DNA of 64,000 bases from Raillietiella orientalis (taxonomy: Eukaryota): the NCBI GenBank assembly GCA_036172245.1, contig JAYWIR010000031.1, forward strand, positions 2,170,001 to 2,234,000, in the 5' to 3' direction. Below, one piece after another: positions 1-13,217 of this stretch. How positions within the stretch are numbered: position 1 is the first letter of the stretch; every line of letters begins with the position of its first letter. The translations under genes were made by a program, and so were the position numbers. The notes below the pieces were generated by a model, which was not told the origin of the DNA, did no database searches, and worked only from the letters and a program-made list of their open reading frames with translations.

Positions 1-675
1 GTTCCGGAACGACCACCAGAATGCCAAACGCGAAGCCACGTGATCATCCAGAGAGAGACTCCGACTCCGTCCGACCCGACGCAGCGAGCAGGGATGAGAA
101 CTTTGAGCCCATCCCAAGCAGTGAGGCCACCTGGTTCTCTCATCTCTACTTCCCTCCCCTCCTCTTCCTTCCTCCTCCTCCTTCTTCTCCTCCTCAGAAG
201 AGGAAATGTGCCCAAGAGAAACGCTCCGTCGTTTGCGTGCCAACGTGCGGAGTCATCCCTTCGAGGAGCCACCAAATGCAGCGGTTCGGTCTGAAGTGAG
301 AACCCCTGGCTTTCTTTCTGGAGCTGCTTTGGTGCACCGGGCTCAGTGCTGTTCCCTCTCAGTTTCCCTTCCTCCCAACGTTATCCTCCTTTTGCTCCTC
401 CTCCTCCTCCCGGAATGGCGCTGGAGTTGGTGCATTCAAAAGGGGAGAAAAGAGACCGGCAACGAAAAGATGAAGCCGAAAAGAACGCGAGAATCCGGGA
501 GTCCGCACCCGGAGGTCTCCCTGGATCTCTCCCTCTCTCCCCCTCCTCTTTCGACCAGTTCTGCCCGGCAGGGGATGCCCCCTCTCCCCCTTCCCCTACC
601 CCTCGGGTGCGCGTGCGGCCCGCTCCTCGCCTTCCTCCTTGTGACGTCACGGAGAAAAATGGAAATAAATCGTGT

Positions 676-876
676 TCACTTTTTTTTCTCTTTTATTGAT
701 TTTTTGGGGGTCTCCACTTTGGGCAGGGCCGGGGAGGCGCTCTTCAGGTTCTCGTACATGTCCTCGATCTGCGGTTTGAAGTATTTCGCGATCTGTGACC
801 TCTTGTATCTGCAGTTCGGCGTCAAGAGATCGTTGTGGATGGAGAAGGGGTCCGGATGCAGGTGTATGTCCGCCAC
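676..876 (-). CDS. ACSL: ACSL terminal coding exon 12 (VADIHLHPDPFSIHNDLLTP...KEKKK*)
   Basis: Acceptor ccatctttcag; matches ACSL1 LHPELFSIDNGLLTP; TGA at 678..676. Confidence 0.94.
   Translation of the reverse strand: MADIHLHPDPFSIHNDLLTPNCRYKRSQIAKYFKPQIEDMYENLKSASPALPKVETPKKSIKEKKK
692..697 (-). promoter_or_regulatory. Candidate polyadenylation signal AATAAA inside the last ACSL codons
   Basis: The only minus-strand AATAAA I saw at or below the gene end; a T-rich stretch follows the stop codon. It may be incidental to the S-I-K codons. Confidence 0.3.
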
Positions 877-1399
877 CTGAAAGATGGAAGCGGACCGTCA
901 TCCAGCGTCGGCACTCTCGGGAGGCTACCGCTACGCATTCTGGAAAATCTGCCGCCTTTTCGGGCTGGCCTGTCGGAAGGGACGACGCAGCGGGCGCCGG
1001 CGGCGGTATTCCCGTACGGCTTAGGAACGGGATGGGGAGAAGGGTGTGTGGTGGGGGGAGGGAAGCGAAGAAGTGGCTCCCATATCCGGTGGATCGGAAG
1101 GGTGGAGAGAAAGAGAGAGAGAGAGGAGGGGAGGGGGAAGGCTACGGAAAATGCAACCACTGGCTCGGTTCTTCCGTCGCCTTGGAAACTCTTTCCTCTT
1201 CCCCCTCCTCGTCCAAAGAGGAAGGGACAACCGCACTTCGGGGGAAGGGCCTGCGAGGAGACCCACCCGGGAAGCAGTACGCGTTCGCTACACAATGCCT
1301 CCTCAAAGATCCAGGCTCTACCCACTTCCTCTTGGGTGGGGCGGTATCCCGGGAACGCCGCGGATTCGTGCTGACCCGGAAGGTTCGGACGTCCGCGAA

Positions 1400-2700
1400 C
1401 GGCCTCTGGGAGCGGCGAAAAGGAGGAGAGCGCCGGAAGCTGCCCGGCACCCAAAGGGCTCCCGTCCTGGGAAACGGCCGGAGGCGAGGCAGATAGGAGG
1501 TTATCGGTGCTCGAAGTCCGCGCGGGATAGGTCCGGAGGTCAGGAAGGTTTTCTGCGCGCGGGATTTTCGCACTGGTCGCAGGGAATTTTCCCCCAAGGC
1601 GGTGGCGTCCCCGATCGCCCCATGGATTAGACGGTCACGATCTGCACAACGAGGGGAGGGGGGGAGCCCTTCTTGCTGCACAAGGGCGGGAGGAAGCCGC
1701 GCGGAGTTCACAGCAAAGGCTAGAACGCCACCGTCCCTCTCTTGCCTTGCACTTTGGGTTCAGCTCTCGGCAGGCGGAGAAGAGAGGCAGGGGAAGAAGG
1801 GGGGATAGAGAGAGACGCTCCCTACGTGCTCTCAGGAAGTGGCTCTCTATGGGAGAGGTGCCTAAGTCACGTGGCAGTCGCGGGAGACCCGGACAGGGAG
1901 GAGTCTGGTGGTAGCAGACGGCCGGAGGGGAATCCGAAAGGCGACTCCGAAAACCGGAGACCCGAGCGAGTCCATGGATCCGGTTGGGAACCGGAACAAC
2001 GACCAGAGGAGAGGGAAGAGTTTTCCACAAGTATGACGGCGGAGGTGACGTCAGGAAAAGATTCACTACGGTCCGGTCACATGTAGCGGCAGGGAGGCAG
2101 CGGCAGGAAGCGAAGTCGCTTCTTTTTCCCTGAGGCACACCTGGACACCCCTGTCGAATCCAGGTATGCTGGCACTCTTGAAACGGAGCCGCAAGCTGAA
2201 TTCTTTCAAACCCAGTGAAGCTGCCCAGGGGCCGTCTCCAATCCTCGCTGCCGATTTCAGGAAACAGCTCTGGTTCCCGTGGTGGGTCTCCAGGTTCTTC
2301 CGTAATCCCGTCTTCGCTTGTTTTCCGCCGCCGAGGGCACTCGATTCCTGCTCCTCCTAACGGGAGGTCTTTCAGTCCCCATCCCGAGAAGGGTGAACGC
2401 ACGGCCGGACCCCCTCCTCCCTCCTTCAGCATGGGACCGCTGAGGAAGGGAAACTGGAATTGCCCTCTTGCTAATGTTCCTTCCCTTCGCTCCCCCCCCA
2501 TCTCTTCGAAGCAGCTGGAAGTCTTCGCAGCAAACCAGCCGTTCAGCGCCATCGCTGGTCTCAATCCGGAACTCGATCTCATAACCTATTTGCCAGTAGG
2601 TCAGGTGCTGGCCAACTTTTCCAGTACAAACTCGAACTCCTGTACGTTTGTGTGGCATCCCTGTGTTCGCCGGGCCGCGACAGTGCCCGCGTCGCCCGCG
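1400..2700 (-). mobile_element. Possible decayed L1/Tx1-like post-RT region and finger
   Basis: SSGLRPAMALNGWFAAK, DLPLGGAGI (PxxxGGLG) and LIHGAI...PCDQC occur in the expected order. Confidence 0.4.
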
Positions 2701-4777
2701 AGAAGGAAGTAAACACTGAATGTAGGGTGTGTTTGGCGAACAGTGGGCAAAGAGATTTTTCGCGCACGCAGTGTTTGGCCGCGAAGAGGCCAAGATGCAA
2801 GGGCAAGCTCCGAGGGCACAGATCGTGTTGGAACAAGCAAGATCGCAGTGGAAAGACTGAGAATGGCAGGCTCCAAGGAAGAGTTTCGAGGAAGAGCTTT
2901 CTCTTTTTCCTTTTTTTTCTAAAAGGCATTTCCGGGCCCGGTGGGGGAAGTTCGCTAAACCCAAAAAGTCACGTCCCAAACCGGTCTGCTCTCATTCAGG
3001 AGGCACGAGACACGGGGTTGTTCTGCCGGAACGAGCGAGCAGTACCAGCAGCACCCGCTGTCCCGAAGGGATGCTCGCGCCGTCGCTCTCTCCCCGAGTC
3101 GCCTCGCTGATGGAGGAGAGAGATGGGGTGGATGGAAGCAAAACGCTCTTTGGTCGATGCGAATTTCCACTGTTGAGAGCGTTTGAAGGTTCCGCTCCGA
3201 CGGGTCAAATTGCTCAACGGGGGGCTGGAGACGTTGCGGGACCCCTCTGCCTGCTTAGCGGTTTATTCGCAAACCTTTTGCATCAAAGGTTCAGGGATCC
3301 CTTCTCAAATCGTCCGGGATGCGGAGAAGAATACTCCACAGACTGGATCGATGAGGAAGGATTGCGCTCTCTTGCTGCGGTGTTCCTTTTTTTTCGCGCT
3401 CGGAATGCTTGGTTCCCATTTTCCATCCATTGAGAATCTATTCTGCCAATTTTCTAGCCTGGGGCATTTTGATCTCCTTCCGGTTGAGGGGTTCCATTTT
3501 TCTCCGAAGCCAGAGGTCTTCGCTGCAGTGGATCCTCCTAGCAACCCATCCTTACCTAATGGAGGGCATGGATCCTTGTGAAGACAGTTCGCAGCCCAAT
3601 AGCATCCGTTCGAAGCTTTCCTCAGGTAAAGGTTACCTCAAGTTAAGAAAAACGCCGCCTACATTTGGTTTGATGTGGTGGCTGGAGCTTCAGCAGGCCT
3701 CTGCACCTCTGAGATTACTTTTCTGCACATTTCTTTCCTCCCGCGGAAGCACAAAAAAAGAAAGAAAAGAAAAAAAAAAATCGGCAGCAATTTTCTCCCG
3801 GAGAAAGAAGATTCCAAAGCTCATCGATTGAACGCAAAGTTTACCGACGCCTTCCGATGCGGACGAGAGAGGACTGGCTGGAGCATCCGGTCGTCGCTCC
3901 AATTCAGCGAAAGAACTGCAGCAAGAAAGAAAAAAAAGAAAAAAGAGCTCATTCGAAAGAGAGCTTTCTCTTCTTCTCCGGTATGTTTTCGTGAGTCCGA
4001 AAACCATCAACCGGTATCATCTGGTTGATTACTGATGCTGATGCTCGGTTAGCTCGGTCAGCTTGGATGGAGAGCCGAATCTTCTCTCCCATGTTCTGCA
4101 GAAACTAATTTCCTCTTGACGACGCAAAAAACAAGCTGCTGCTTCAGCGGAGATCCTCTACTGCTGCCCGGTTTGCTTCTGTGGAAAACGAGACGGCAGG
4201 AGGAGGCGTAGCTGATGAAGCTGCTGATAAGCTTGCGGTTCTCAGAACGGGCACACTGAAGAGCACGTCATTGGGCCTCATCCACTTGCCCGTTCGGAAA
4301 AAGAAAGTGGTCACCTTACCGTCTCCTTTGTGACGCTGGCCACTTCCCCACAAGGGTGAGTGTTCAAGCATCCTTCTGGAGGTCGATCGTACTAGCGCAA
4401 GACTCAAGATTCCAGGGTGTTTTCATCACCTCAAAGGAAGCGAGATTTTCTCTAAGAGCATTCCGGGGTTCCTTTCTTCTTCCGGCCAGATGCGGAAGAC
4501 ATCTTGGCTGCCGACGTCTTCCATGAGTTCATCAGGGGGTCTCCTCCAGCACTGAGAATCTTCTGACGGAAGTGAGATCCTGTTTTTTTTTCCTTGTGGA
4601 TGCTTTGGATCGCACGGATCCTGGAGGACTTTGGGGGCTGAAACTTGTCGGAAGCAGGGATACTGGCCACAAACGTACAGTAGCGTCATCTTAAGAAGTC
4701 TTTTACCATCTTCTCCGCCTGTCTGTGATCTTCGACCTGACAAGGACAGGTCGGGATGACAGACAGGAAAAAAAACT

Positions 4778-5215
4778 TCTCCGGGGAAAAACTGCAAGAA
4801 AACCGCTCCTTGTTTGTGCTTCCTCGTAAGAGAACCCCGAAGGGATGCTTCCAAATATTCCCTGCAGGGCCGCTCCCCAAAAGGAGACAGCGCTCTTCTT
4901 GCACCCTGGAGAGGCATCAACCGGCTCCATTTTCCCGACAGGAGGGGAAACTCCGAAGGGAACCGGTGCTCCTTGATTCCTGGAGGGTCCCCGGAGGGTG
5001 GTCGACTTTCAGTCCTGGTCAGTCAGCGGGGGCATCTGGCTTCCACCAGTGCCTCACCGTAGCCCGTGGGTCAACCAGCGTCATCCTTTGTGTTTGTGTG
5101 GGGTGGGGGGAGGGACTCGAAAACTTATTTCTCGGCGTCGACCTTTCCCCGGGAGGGATTTGAACCCGCGACGCTTGGTGCCACGCGCGCGGAGATTGTG
5201 GCTGTCAACGCGGCC
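4778..5215 (-). mobile_element. tRNA-derived SINE, copy 1 (3'-truncated)
   Basis: B-box-like GGTTCAAATCC (5166..5156); body colinear with the copies at 30.8-31.4 kb and 46.3-46.8 kb. Confidence 0.75.
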
Positions 5216-6456
5216 TGACCTGCCCTCCTGACGAGGGTGTGTGATTCCTGAAGGTTCTTCCATTATGAAAAGTGGTCCATTCGATGACTGGAGTGCATTT
5301 CTACGGGATGCCCACACGCCATTTTCTACCCGATGTGCTCCGTCAGTTTATTCGGAGTTCTCCCGATCCCCTCATCTCTTCGTGGATCGCGAGATACCAG
5401 AGATCCTACGACCATTAATGCTCAGTTCGCAAAGACTCCTCCCTCGGAAGAGAAATGGGGAAGCTGATTTTCTTCGTTTGGTCTTCTCCTTTAGCTGTGT
5501 CTCTTCTGGCGCGGCTGCTAAGCAACCGTAGGGGGCACGTCCTCTTCTCCTGGGAGGATCAGATCCAGCAATGCTATGACGAAAACAATCACAATGTCCA
5601 TCCTATTTCCACGAAGTTCAGGGAGGAAGTCATCCGATTTTTTCACCAACAATCAGAAAAGAGCAGGAAGAGGAAACACGAAGTGGGAATGGGTTGGGCG
5701 TGTAAAAGAGTCAGCCACTCTGCTGAAGGCAGCCAAAGAAGAGATACGGGAACTTCTGCTGCTCGAGCCTTTTTGCTTGGATGCAAGGATCACTGGGCAG
5801 AGGGTAAGGGGGACTCCGTAAAGCGGTACCGACTGCGTCACGTGCCTGTTTCACTCTTTCGGATTTCTCTAAAGATGCAGTCAGATGAATGGGATGTTCT
5901 CGGAGGGCGGCGGAAAGATCTTCCCGTTCCGGACGAGACGAAGCGGCAATGAGCACACACACGAAAATCCGCTGCTTGGGTGAAATCACGAGGTCGCTGC
6001 ACGTCTACTCCGGTTGACCGGGAACTCTTCGTATGCCGAGAGCATCAATTCAGGAGAACGGAAAGTAGGATCCAGTCATTCAGCCGCTCTGCAGCTTTCA
6101 CCGAGGTTCTCTTTGGTTCGTAGTTGCGGGAAGCTACACCCGCGCAGGTTCGAGCACTGGGAAGCACCAGGAACTAAGGTCAGTGTTGAGCATAAGACAA
6201 GCAGAGGAAGGCGACTGACAGTCAACAGTCGAGATTCCATCCAACGAACGCAAGTAGAAATATGCTGTTCTCTAAATACGTGAGCGGCGGGTTCGGCGCA
6301 AGAGGCAGATAAGAGAAACCAACTTCAGAGGCACGATGTTCATGGATGAAGGCATCCGTTCGCGATGGAGTGCCTTTTTTCTCGACTTAACAACCAGCCA
6401 TTCTCGATATCCAGTGCATCCGTGACGAGGAAGGAGGAACAAGGCGGAACACTCAC

Positions 6457-6630
6457 CTGCTCGTAAGAATGCAATCCAGCCTGCGTACCTAGAGTGTGCA
6501 TATGGGCGAGAAGTGCATCTTTGATTTTAGAATCGTAACACAGCTGCGTGTAGGTTCCTTCTAGACCGTTTTGCTCAGCCCACATCAGCAGAAACTTCGA
6601 GTCGGGAACCACAATGCCTACAACGGATGC
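6457..6630 (-). CDS. ACSL: ACSL coding exon 11 (ASVVGIVVPD...AGLHSYEQ)
   Basis: Follows a 50-nt intron (6631..6680); donor CAG|GTGAGT; IVVPD and GL.S.EQ motifs. Confidence 0.95.
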
Positions 6631-6680
6631 CTGTTTCGGTACCCAAGGAATGGAATTTCCGGAGCTACTGTTTTCTTTAC

Positions 6681-6824
6681 CTGTATGCTGTCCCCGTGGA
6701 CGAAACACTGGTGGATGAATCTGCTCCTGCCGTATATTTGTTCCACCTTCTCTGGTTCCACGTATTCCCCGTGGCACAACTTGAATATGGGTTTCTTGCG
6801 ATCGACAATACGTAAAACTCCATT
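6681..6824 (-). CDS. ACSL: ACSL coding exon 10 (NGVLRIVDRKKPIFKLCHGEYVEPEKVEQIY...CFVHGDSIQ)
   Basis: Acceptor after a long T tract (ttttaaatgtag), donor CAG|GTAAAG; hinge motif IVDRKK.IFKL..GEY..PEK.E. Confidence 0.96.
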
Positions 6825-9159
6825 CTACATTTAAAAGAAAAAAAAAAAGAAAAAGAAAAAGCGAGAGATGTAATTGCCCAGCACGCAGTTACCCGAGAAG
6901 AAAGCAGCAGGTATCACAAGAAAAGGTCTCATGCAGGTGTGACCGCGGATCTTGCGCGAATCTTTTCCACCCTTGTCTTGGTCGTGCCTAGTAACGGAAT
7001 TCTCTATTCCCTCAACTCGCAACCGTTTTCAACTTTCGACTCGTGGACATGTGCGTTGGGACATGACCGTCCCCCTTTCGCGCGCAAACACGGTGTGTTC
7101 GAATTTTTCAACCTCAATGATAGTTGCCCCCTTAATGATCTACTGTCAAACTAAGGCATTCTGCCGCCGAGAGCGGAACACTTTGGCAAAAGGCAAAACA
7201 CATCTATCGACAACCGCTCTGCTACTTCGCATTCTATTTTTTTTTTTTTTTTTTGTTATTCGTTTCCGAGGAACTGAAGAAGCAAACAGCAATGAGCAAC
7301 TGGAAAAGAAGTTTCAGGAGATGAAATCTCATACGTTCGTTGCAACTCGTGGACAGATTCCACAGCTTTCGAAAGGCTCCAGGAGCTGAAGCTGGTGCAC
7401 CTTCAACTCCTCCGTAACATTCTTCCCCGGCTACAGCCTCTCAAGAGTGCTGTTGTTGTCACTTATTATCGGAGATTTTTAACCGGGCAGTGGAGTAAAG
7501 AGGCAGCAGCTCTTTGATTCGAGAGGCATCAAAGCTCTGCTCACTTTGCAGAGCCCTCCTCACGAGCACCACAGCCAATCGCTACAAGACCAGGGGATCA
7601 GTGACTTTCCGGTCCAGTGTGACAGTTTTTCGTTGTTTTCATTTCTTTTTGACTGGAAAAAAAAAAAAAAAAAAAATGGCTACAGAGAAGGAGTGCACGT
7701 TGCGTCTTTGTCTCTGGATGTGTTTTTTCTTGAAAAGTTCTTGAAGAGTTTTGCTTGGTACTTTGTGGGTTCGACATCATGCAGGAGATAACAACAAGCA
7801 TGTAAACCAGAGGAAGGAATCATTGAAGGAATCTTCGTTCCAGAGATCCTGCTCTGGAACGAAGCGGGCTCCACTCTTCGCAGCAAGGAGGATCAGCAAA
7901 AACTCCAAGTTAAGAATCATTTTGAGGGGAGAAAGGGCAGAAGGAAGAAATGAAAAAAAAAAAAAAAAAAATCAAAGGTTTCAAGTGATTGAAGATCCGT
8001 TCTGAGTCTCACTTGCCAAAGAAGGCATAGCAACAGCATCTAGAAGATCGTAGGATGTGAAAAGCTTGTCGAAGAACAAACGAAGATAGGAGGGCAAAGG
8101 CGAAACGCGGTAGAAAGGCGAAAGTCGACATCCAGCGAGTCTTGCAGAAGCGGAGAGGACTGCAGACTTTAAAAGGGCGTGTGAAAAGTCGTGACGTATG
8201 TAAGAAGGCATCCACGAGGCTTTGTCGTGGAAGTGCGAACTTTCGGACAGGCAGGAGAGGCAGCTCCACAGAAGTTCGAACTGATCCACAGAGCCTGTGT
8301 GCTTTCGGATCCAATCGACCAGTAAGTACCCAGAGGTGTCATGGGAACCACAGAAAATTAGAACCTCGAATCAGCAGGTCACCTCTTGAAAGGATAACCA
8401 GGAAAACGAACCCGGCAATCAGCTCTCTGCGGCGCTCCCTTTGCTTCGTGCAGAGGACTTTACAAATCGATCGTTTCGCCTAGCTGGGATTTCCGATAGG
8501 AGATCCCGTAAGATGCTGAATGGGCACTCTAAAATCGTTCCTTATCCATAATCGCTTGTTCTTCCTCCCTATCAGAATTTCTTCAGCAGTTTGGACTCCT
8601 TTCATCTTCCCAGAATATCTCTGATGAGCCCAAGATGTGAAGGCAGCGGTGCGCCGCTCACGTCGGGAGGCGAGGGGAGGGGGGGGCTTTCTTGATGTGT
8701 TTCGCTTGCAGCTTCTTCCAGGCCCCGAGCCACACCACACAGAATCTCCGGGAGAGTAAGGCTAAGCCATAATTGCCTCTCAGCTTTTTTGCTGAGCTGT
8801 AGCATCATTGCCGTCGCTCTCCTCGCTCCTGAGCTAGCAGATTCTGCAGAAGAAGCCGAGGGAAATGACAGAGTGCCAAGATAAATACACCGCCACAAGT
8901 TCAAGTAGAAGAACAAAAGAGAGTGAGAAAGAGGAACGTGGAGCGGAAATAGAAGGAAAGTGGAGGAGGGATGTTTGAACTTTTCGTCGATGGGAACACT
9001 GAGGACTTCGTTCAGCTCTTCTTCCCTTTCATCCGAATCTCACTGCAGGCCCTTTACTTTCGGTACTTGTAAACACTATTCTATGATGCCGAATTTCATT
9101 CGTGCGAGAATGGAGACGCTTTTGCTAGCAAAGAGTGCAAAAGTGTAGCCTCAGGGCAC

Positions 9160-9620
9160 TTGGACGATGACTTCCCTCATCACGGTGGCACAGTGCATCC
9201 CGCAAGAGGGGCGAAGGTTGGATGCGTGGAAGAGGTCGCTAGACGTTGCACCTCGCTTGCAGCGCGGGCTGCCTGGGAAGCATCGAACCCGGACCTGCTC
9301 GTGGCTCCTCCCAGGATCTGGCGAGTGATCCCATCAGGAACTCGAGGAACGGCCGGTGAAAGCAAGGGACACGCCTGAGGGAGCTCCCGATTTCGGCATT
9401 CCCAGCGTCCGAGGGGCCACACAGGCGCCAGAGCGGGCGCCTATGTGGTCCATTTCGACAGGCGCAGGGATCTTCCGGTATCGGAGCAGGATCGAAACGG
9501 GCGGAGTGGGAAGGCGGTGTCGCAGCTGCGGCGGCACGGGAACGCGCGCTCGCTTGTCTTGAAGGAACGGTAGGCAGCCAGAAGAGTTATCGAGGAGTTC
9601 ACGCAGCTGGACCGACCGTT
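9160..9620 (+). mobile_element. Possible decayed LINE zinc-finger fragment
   Basis: GRRCRSCGGTGTRARL resembles CxxCGxxETxxHL; followed by (GT)n and (GGGA)n simple sequence. Confidence 0.3.
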
Positions 9621-12600
9621 CGATCAGGAACGCGAGGGGATGATAACAAACAAGTGCTCGACGTAAGCGTGTGTGTGTGGAGGGGGAGGGGGGAGGGAAG
9701 GAAAGGGAGGAGGGAGGGAGAGGGACATAGAGTGAGGGAGACAACGCCTCGGCTTCTCAGCTTTGTTGGCACCGCAAGTTTTGATCGCTTCTTTCACCGG
9801 AAAAACGGGACAGCCCTCTGAAGGTGGAGTACAGAGTTCCCGAAGAACCATCAAGAGCTTGCCGCGCATGAAAGAACGAACAGGATAGTCCTCGTGGGTT
9901 CCCGGAGGACCTTCCAATTTCCTTCCATCTTCACTTCTCATCCTTCGCCTTCCTCGTGGAGCTCGATTGGGAAGTTCCGGAGGCGCAAGAAGAGTTCTCT
10001 CGTGTGGCCCAATCGAAGAGGGGAGGGTGTTCGGCGGATGCGTTTGGTTCGAGATTGCTCAGGGAGATGGATGGAACACGGGAGGAGGGGGATGAAACCA
10101 CACCTTCCTCCCCTCCTTCCTGCTCTCGACCTTGGAAGTGGGCTGGGGATTCCCGGGACGTGCGCTCGGAGCGGGACTTTCCCGGTTGAGGGAGTTCCTC
10201 TGCACTCCCACATGCGATGGGGGAGCCGCCCTGTCTGGATCGCCACCTTCCCGGGCGCGCACCCGGCCTGTGGGAGCAGGAAGGTCTCCTCTCTCCCCCA
10301 CACAAGAGCCCGTGGCTTGTGGGCCTCTTCTTCTTCTCAGGCAGGACACCCTTTTCCCTCTGGGCAGGTCGGAAGGTCAAGAGCAGGGGTGCGCGCTCGT
10401 GAGCTGCCACGCGCCTCCACCAGGGAACGAATGGCAGCTTCTCATCGTCCGTGATGCCATCCGGCATTACCCAAGATCTTCCCGACGCCCGCCTCCTTGC
10501 CGACGGAAGCTCGCTTCCTTGGAGGATACGAACGGGTCCAAGGAGTCCTTTGTCCTTTTTTGCTCGCCTTCCCCCCAAAGCTCGGAAGTTTCTCTAGGGA
10601 GGTGCATGTGTGCGACTTCCTGATTCCTCGAGGTCACGTCTGGAACTTCGCTTCGCTCTCGAATCTCCGTTCCTTCGGGATCGCCTCACCAGCCCATTCG
10701 CAGATCCGCCGCCCTTTGCGGGTGAACTTTCGCAGCTGACGCGTTGGGGAAGTCAAACGACTTTGGTGCTTCGCGCCGGTGACCACCTCTGCGGTTCCCT
10801 CCTTTCCCTTCTTCTCCCCCGATGGATGGCGAGTGGGTCTCACGAACCCTCCTTTTGGCGTTCCTGTAAACCTTCGGCTCAGTGCCCCTTCAGGCGGCCG
10901 CGTAAACTCCGTGCACATCCTCTCTTCGTTGTTCCTGTTTTTTTTTTTCTTCCTTTCAGTGGCATGACCTCGCCGCTTGCGATCCACGCACTTGCTGCCT
11001 TGCGATATGCGCAGCCGCTTGCAAAGACCAAGGGACCAGCTCGAAGGAGAAGTGGGTGGGAGTTGGTGGGCGTGGGAGGTGCGGGTCTCGTGCTGTGTGT
11101 GTGAAGGTGCACGTGGAGTTGGCACGCATGCGAAATTCACGCGATGCTTCAGCTTCGACGTAACCCCATCCAGTGCTGCGCATTGTGGCTGCAAGCAAGC
11201 TTCCAAGATCTATGTTGGGGAGCCCTAATGCAGCGCGAGCGGTCATCTGCCAGCTGCAGACAGCATCCTTGCCTTCTGCTCGCGATAGCATGCTCGGGTT
11301 CTTATCACCCCTACGTTAGAGATGCATCTTCATGAAACTTGCTTGAAAGATACTCTTTAAGAGCAGCTGAGTATTTCTCAGGAAAGCCATCCTGTCTCTC
11401 CATTGCAGTGCTCTGATCATCTTCTCATATCGCTCTATTCCTCCCCATCGTACTGCTGTGTTCATCTCCATCGTGTTTCTTTATCTCATTTTTCGCTTTC
11501 ATCCTTTTCCCCTCGATAACGCTGCTTATACGGTGATTCAGCGGCAGATGCTTTCTCGCAGCATCCGAGCACAGATGCATATGCGTCGCTGAGCGAGCGC
11601 CGCGGATCTGAGCGCAGGATTTCTGCAGGCTTTCCTTTTCCATGGCTGAGCTCAGAGCGTCGATGAATTCCCGAGCACCCGGAGTCAGGTTGCCCTGCGC
11701 CGGACGACCGTGTGCGCCTCCTCCCTTCCCGCGAACCTGCGTGGCGCCTTGTCCTCCCGCCCTCCGTCCGTCCCCGAACCTCAGTGGTGGGCGCGGGTCA
11801 GACTTTTTTCTGAAGCAGGAGAGCGTATCTTTTTTGCGCCGAGCTCCCTGCTTCCGGTGCTGCTTCCGGCAAATGGTGAATGTGGCGTAGCAGCAGTGGT
11901 CACGTGGTCTCCCTCTTCTCCGCGAGGAGAAGAGAGGGATCCATCGCGTTCAGCCATCTCGTTTGCTTCCCCACCTCTGACTCGGTGGTCCGGTACACAC
12001 ACCCCGATCGTCCGAGGGGAGGCGGCTCCCGCTCCGCCTCTTCCGATGCAGAGGAAGGTCGAAGACGGAGGAGTGGAGACCGAACGGAAGAGGAAGAAGA
12101 GGCTGTCTGCCCTTTGCTGAGCGGACCTCCGGCATCGAGAAGCAAACCAGAAGCAAACCTCCGACATCTCTCCGTGCAGAGGGAAGAGATGAATCCGCAC
12201 ATCCCTTTCCTCCACGTGGCGAGGCCGCTCCGGGTCACTTCCTTCTTTCCCTGACGGGGACACACAATCACGTAGCGCAGACGGGAGAAAAGAGGGGTCT
12301 GGGCGGGATCTCGCGAGGGGTCTGGGTCGTTTCCCTTTTCCCCTTCGGCGTGCTGCGCGCGTCCTCTGCGGCTTTCCTCCGCGGCCATAGCTGCCAGGGA
12401 GCTCTCGCGGAGCCGCCTCGCGAACGTCTCTTCGCTGTGAGCGGAGCAGCTGCGAGGCGCATGGGTGCTGCCAGACGAGGAGGCGGCCACCTGCCGGTTG
12501 GTCCGTGAGGCGCATCCGTGGCTCTTTCTGAGCTGCCTCCTCCCTCCCCCCTGCCCCTCGCATTTCATTTTCTGGTCTCTCCGCCTTCATCTTTCTCCCT

Positions 12601-13056
12601 CCAAAGACGGACGCCACGCGATACTCATCGTCGTACCTGCTGGCTTGGCAACGCGCTTGGATTCCCGTAGGCTGGCGGCGGCGGTGCGAGGGGAGAAGAG
12701 AGTGGCAGAAGGAGGGACGGGAGCGAAGGAAAAGGGTGGGAAGGGGCGGGTGGGAGGAGGAGGAAGGGGGAAACGTGCTCACCTTCTCCTTGTTCAAATT
12801 TCTCGGGAGGAAGGGCTCCTGAGACAACTTCCTCTGGGTTCGCCCGGCAACCGGGGAACAGAGAATGCTTTCCCTCCCGACGCAGCGTGCAGTGGCGGAT
12901 CCGGAGGGAAGCTGCGGGATCAGAGGACCGCGAGGCGGAAGAGGAAAGGTGGAAGGCTGACTCCTCCAGGAAGGAGGCGGAAGGCAAAGGTCCTGTGGCT
13001 ACGCACGCGGAGCGCCCGCGGTGAGAAGGGGTTGCGCGCACCCTCCTCGTGCTCAC

Positions 13057-13143
13057 CTGCATCCACTCTCCAATGTCCCCCGTGTGGAGCCACCCTTCGG
13101 AGTCCACGGAGTCCTCGATACCCTCCGCCGTCTTCAGATAACC
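13057..13143 (-). CDS. ACSL: ACSL coding exon 9 (GYLKTAEGIEDSVDSEGWLHTGDIGEWMQ)
   Basis: Follows a 74-nt intron; acceptor ctttccag, donor CAG|GTGAGC; FACS signature GWLHTGDIG. Confidence 0.96.
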
Positions 13144-13217
13144 CTGGAAAGTGTCGCGGGTTGGCCGCCGCGAGTCGCTGAGCAGCAGCAGCGCGCGGAC
13201 CGCGGAGACAGACTCAC

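Noticed and set aside
3230..3400. Further finger-like or linker-like LINE traces (also ~8200-8350, 20600-20800, 53800-54500, 60950-61250, 62300-63500)
   Set aside because: Single weak motifs only; plausible decayed copies but not supportable individually without a profile search.
11781..12827. 348-aa ORF and other long overlapping ORFs in GC-rich blocks (e.g. 13483..14421, 61574..62746, 44813..45724)
   Set aside because: R/P/G/S-rich, open in several frames on both strands, with no motifs; expected from stop-codon scarcity in GC-rich DNA or as antisense shadows of ACSL exons.
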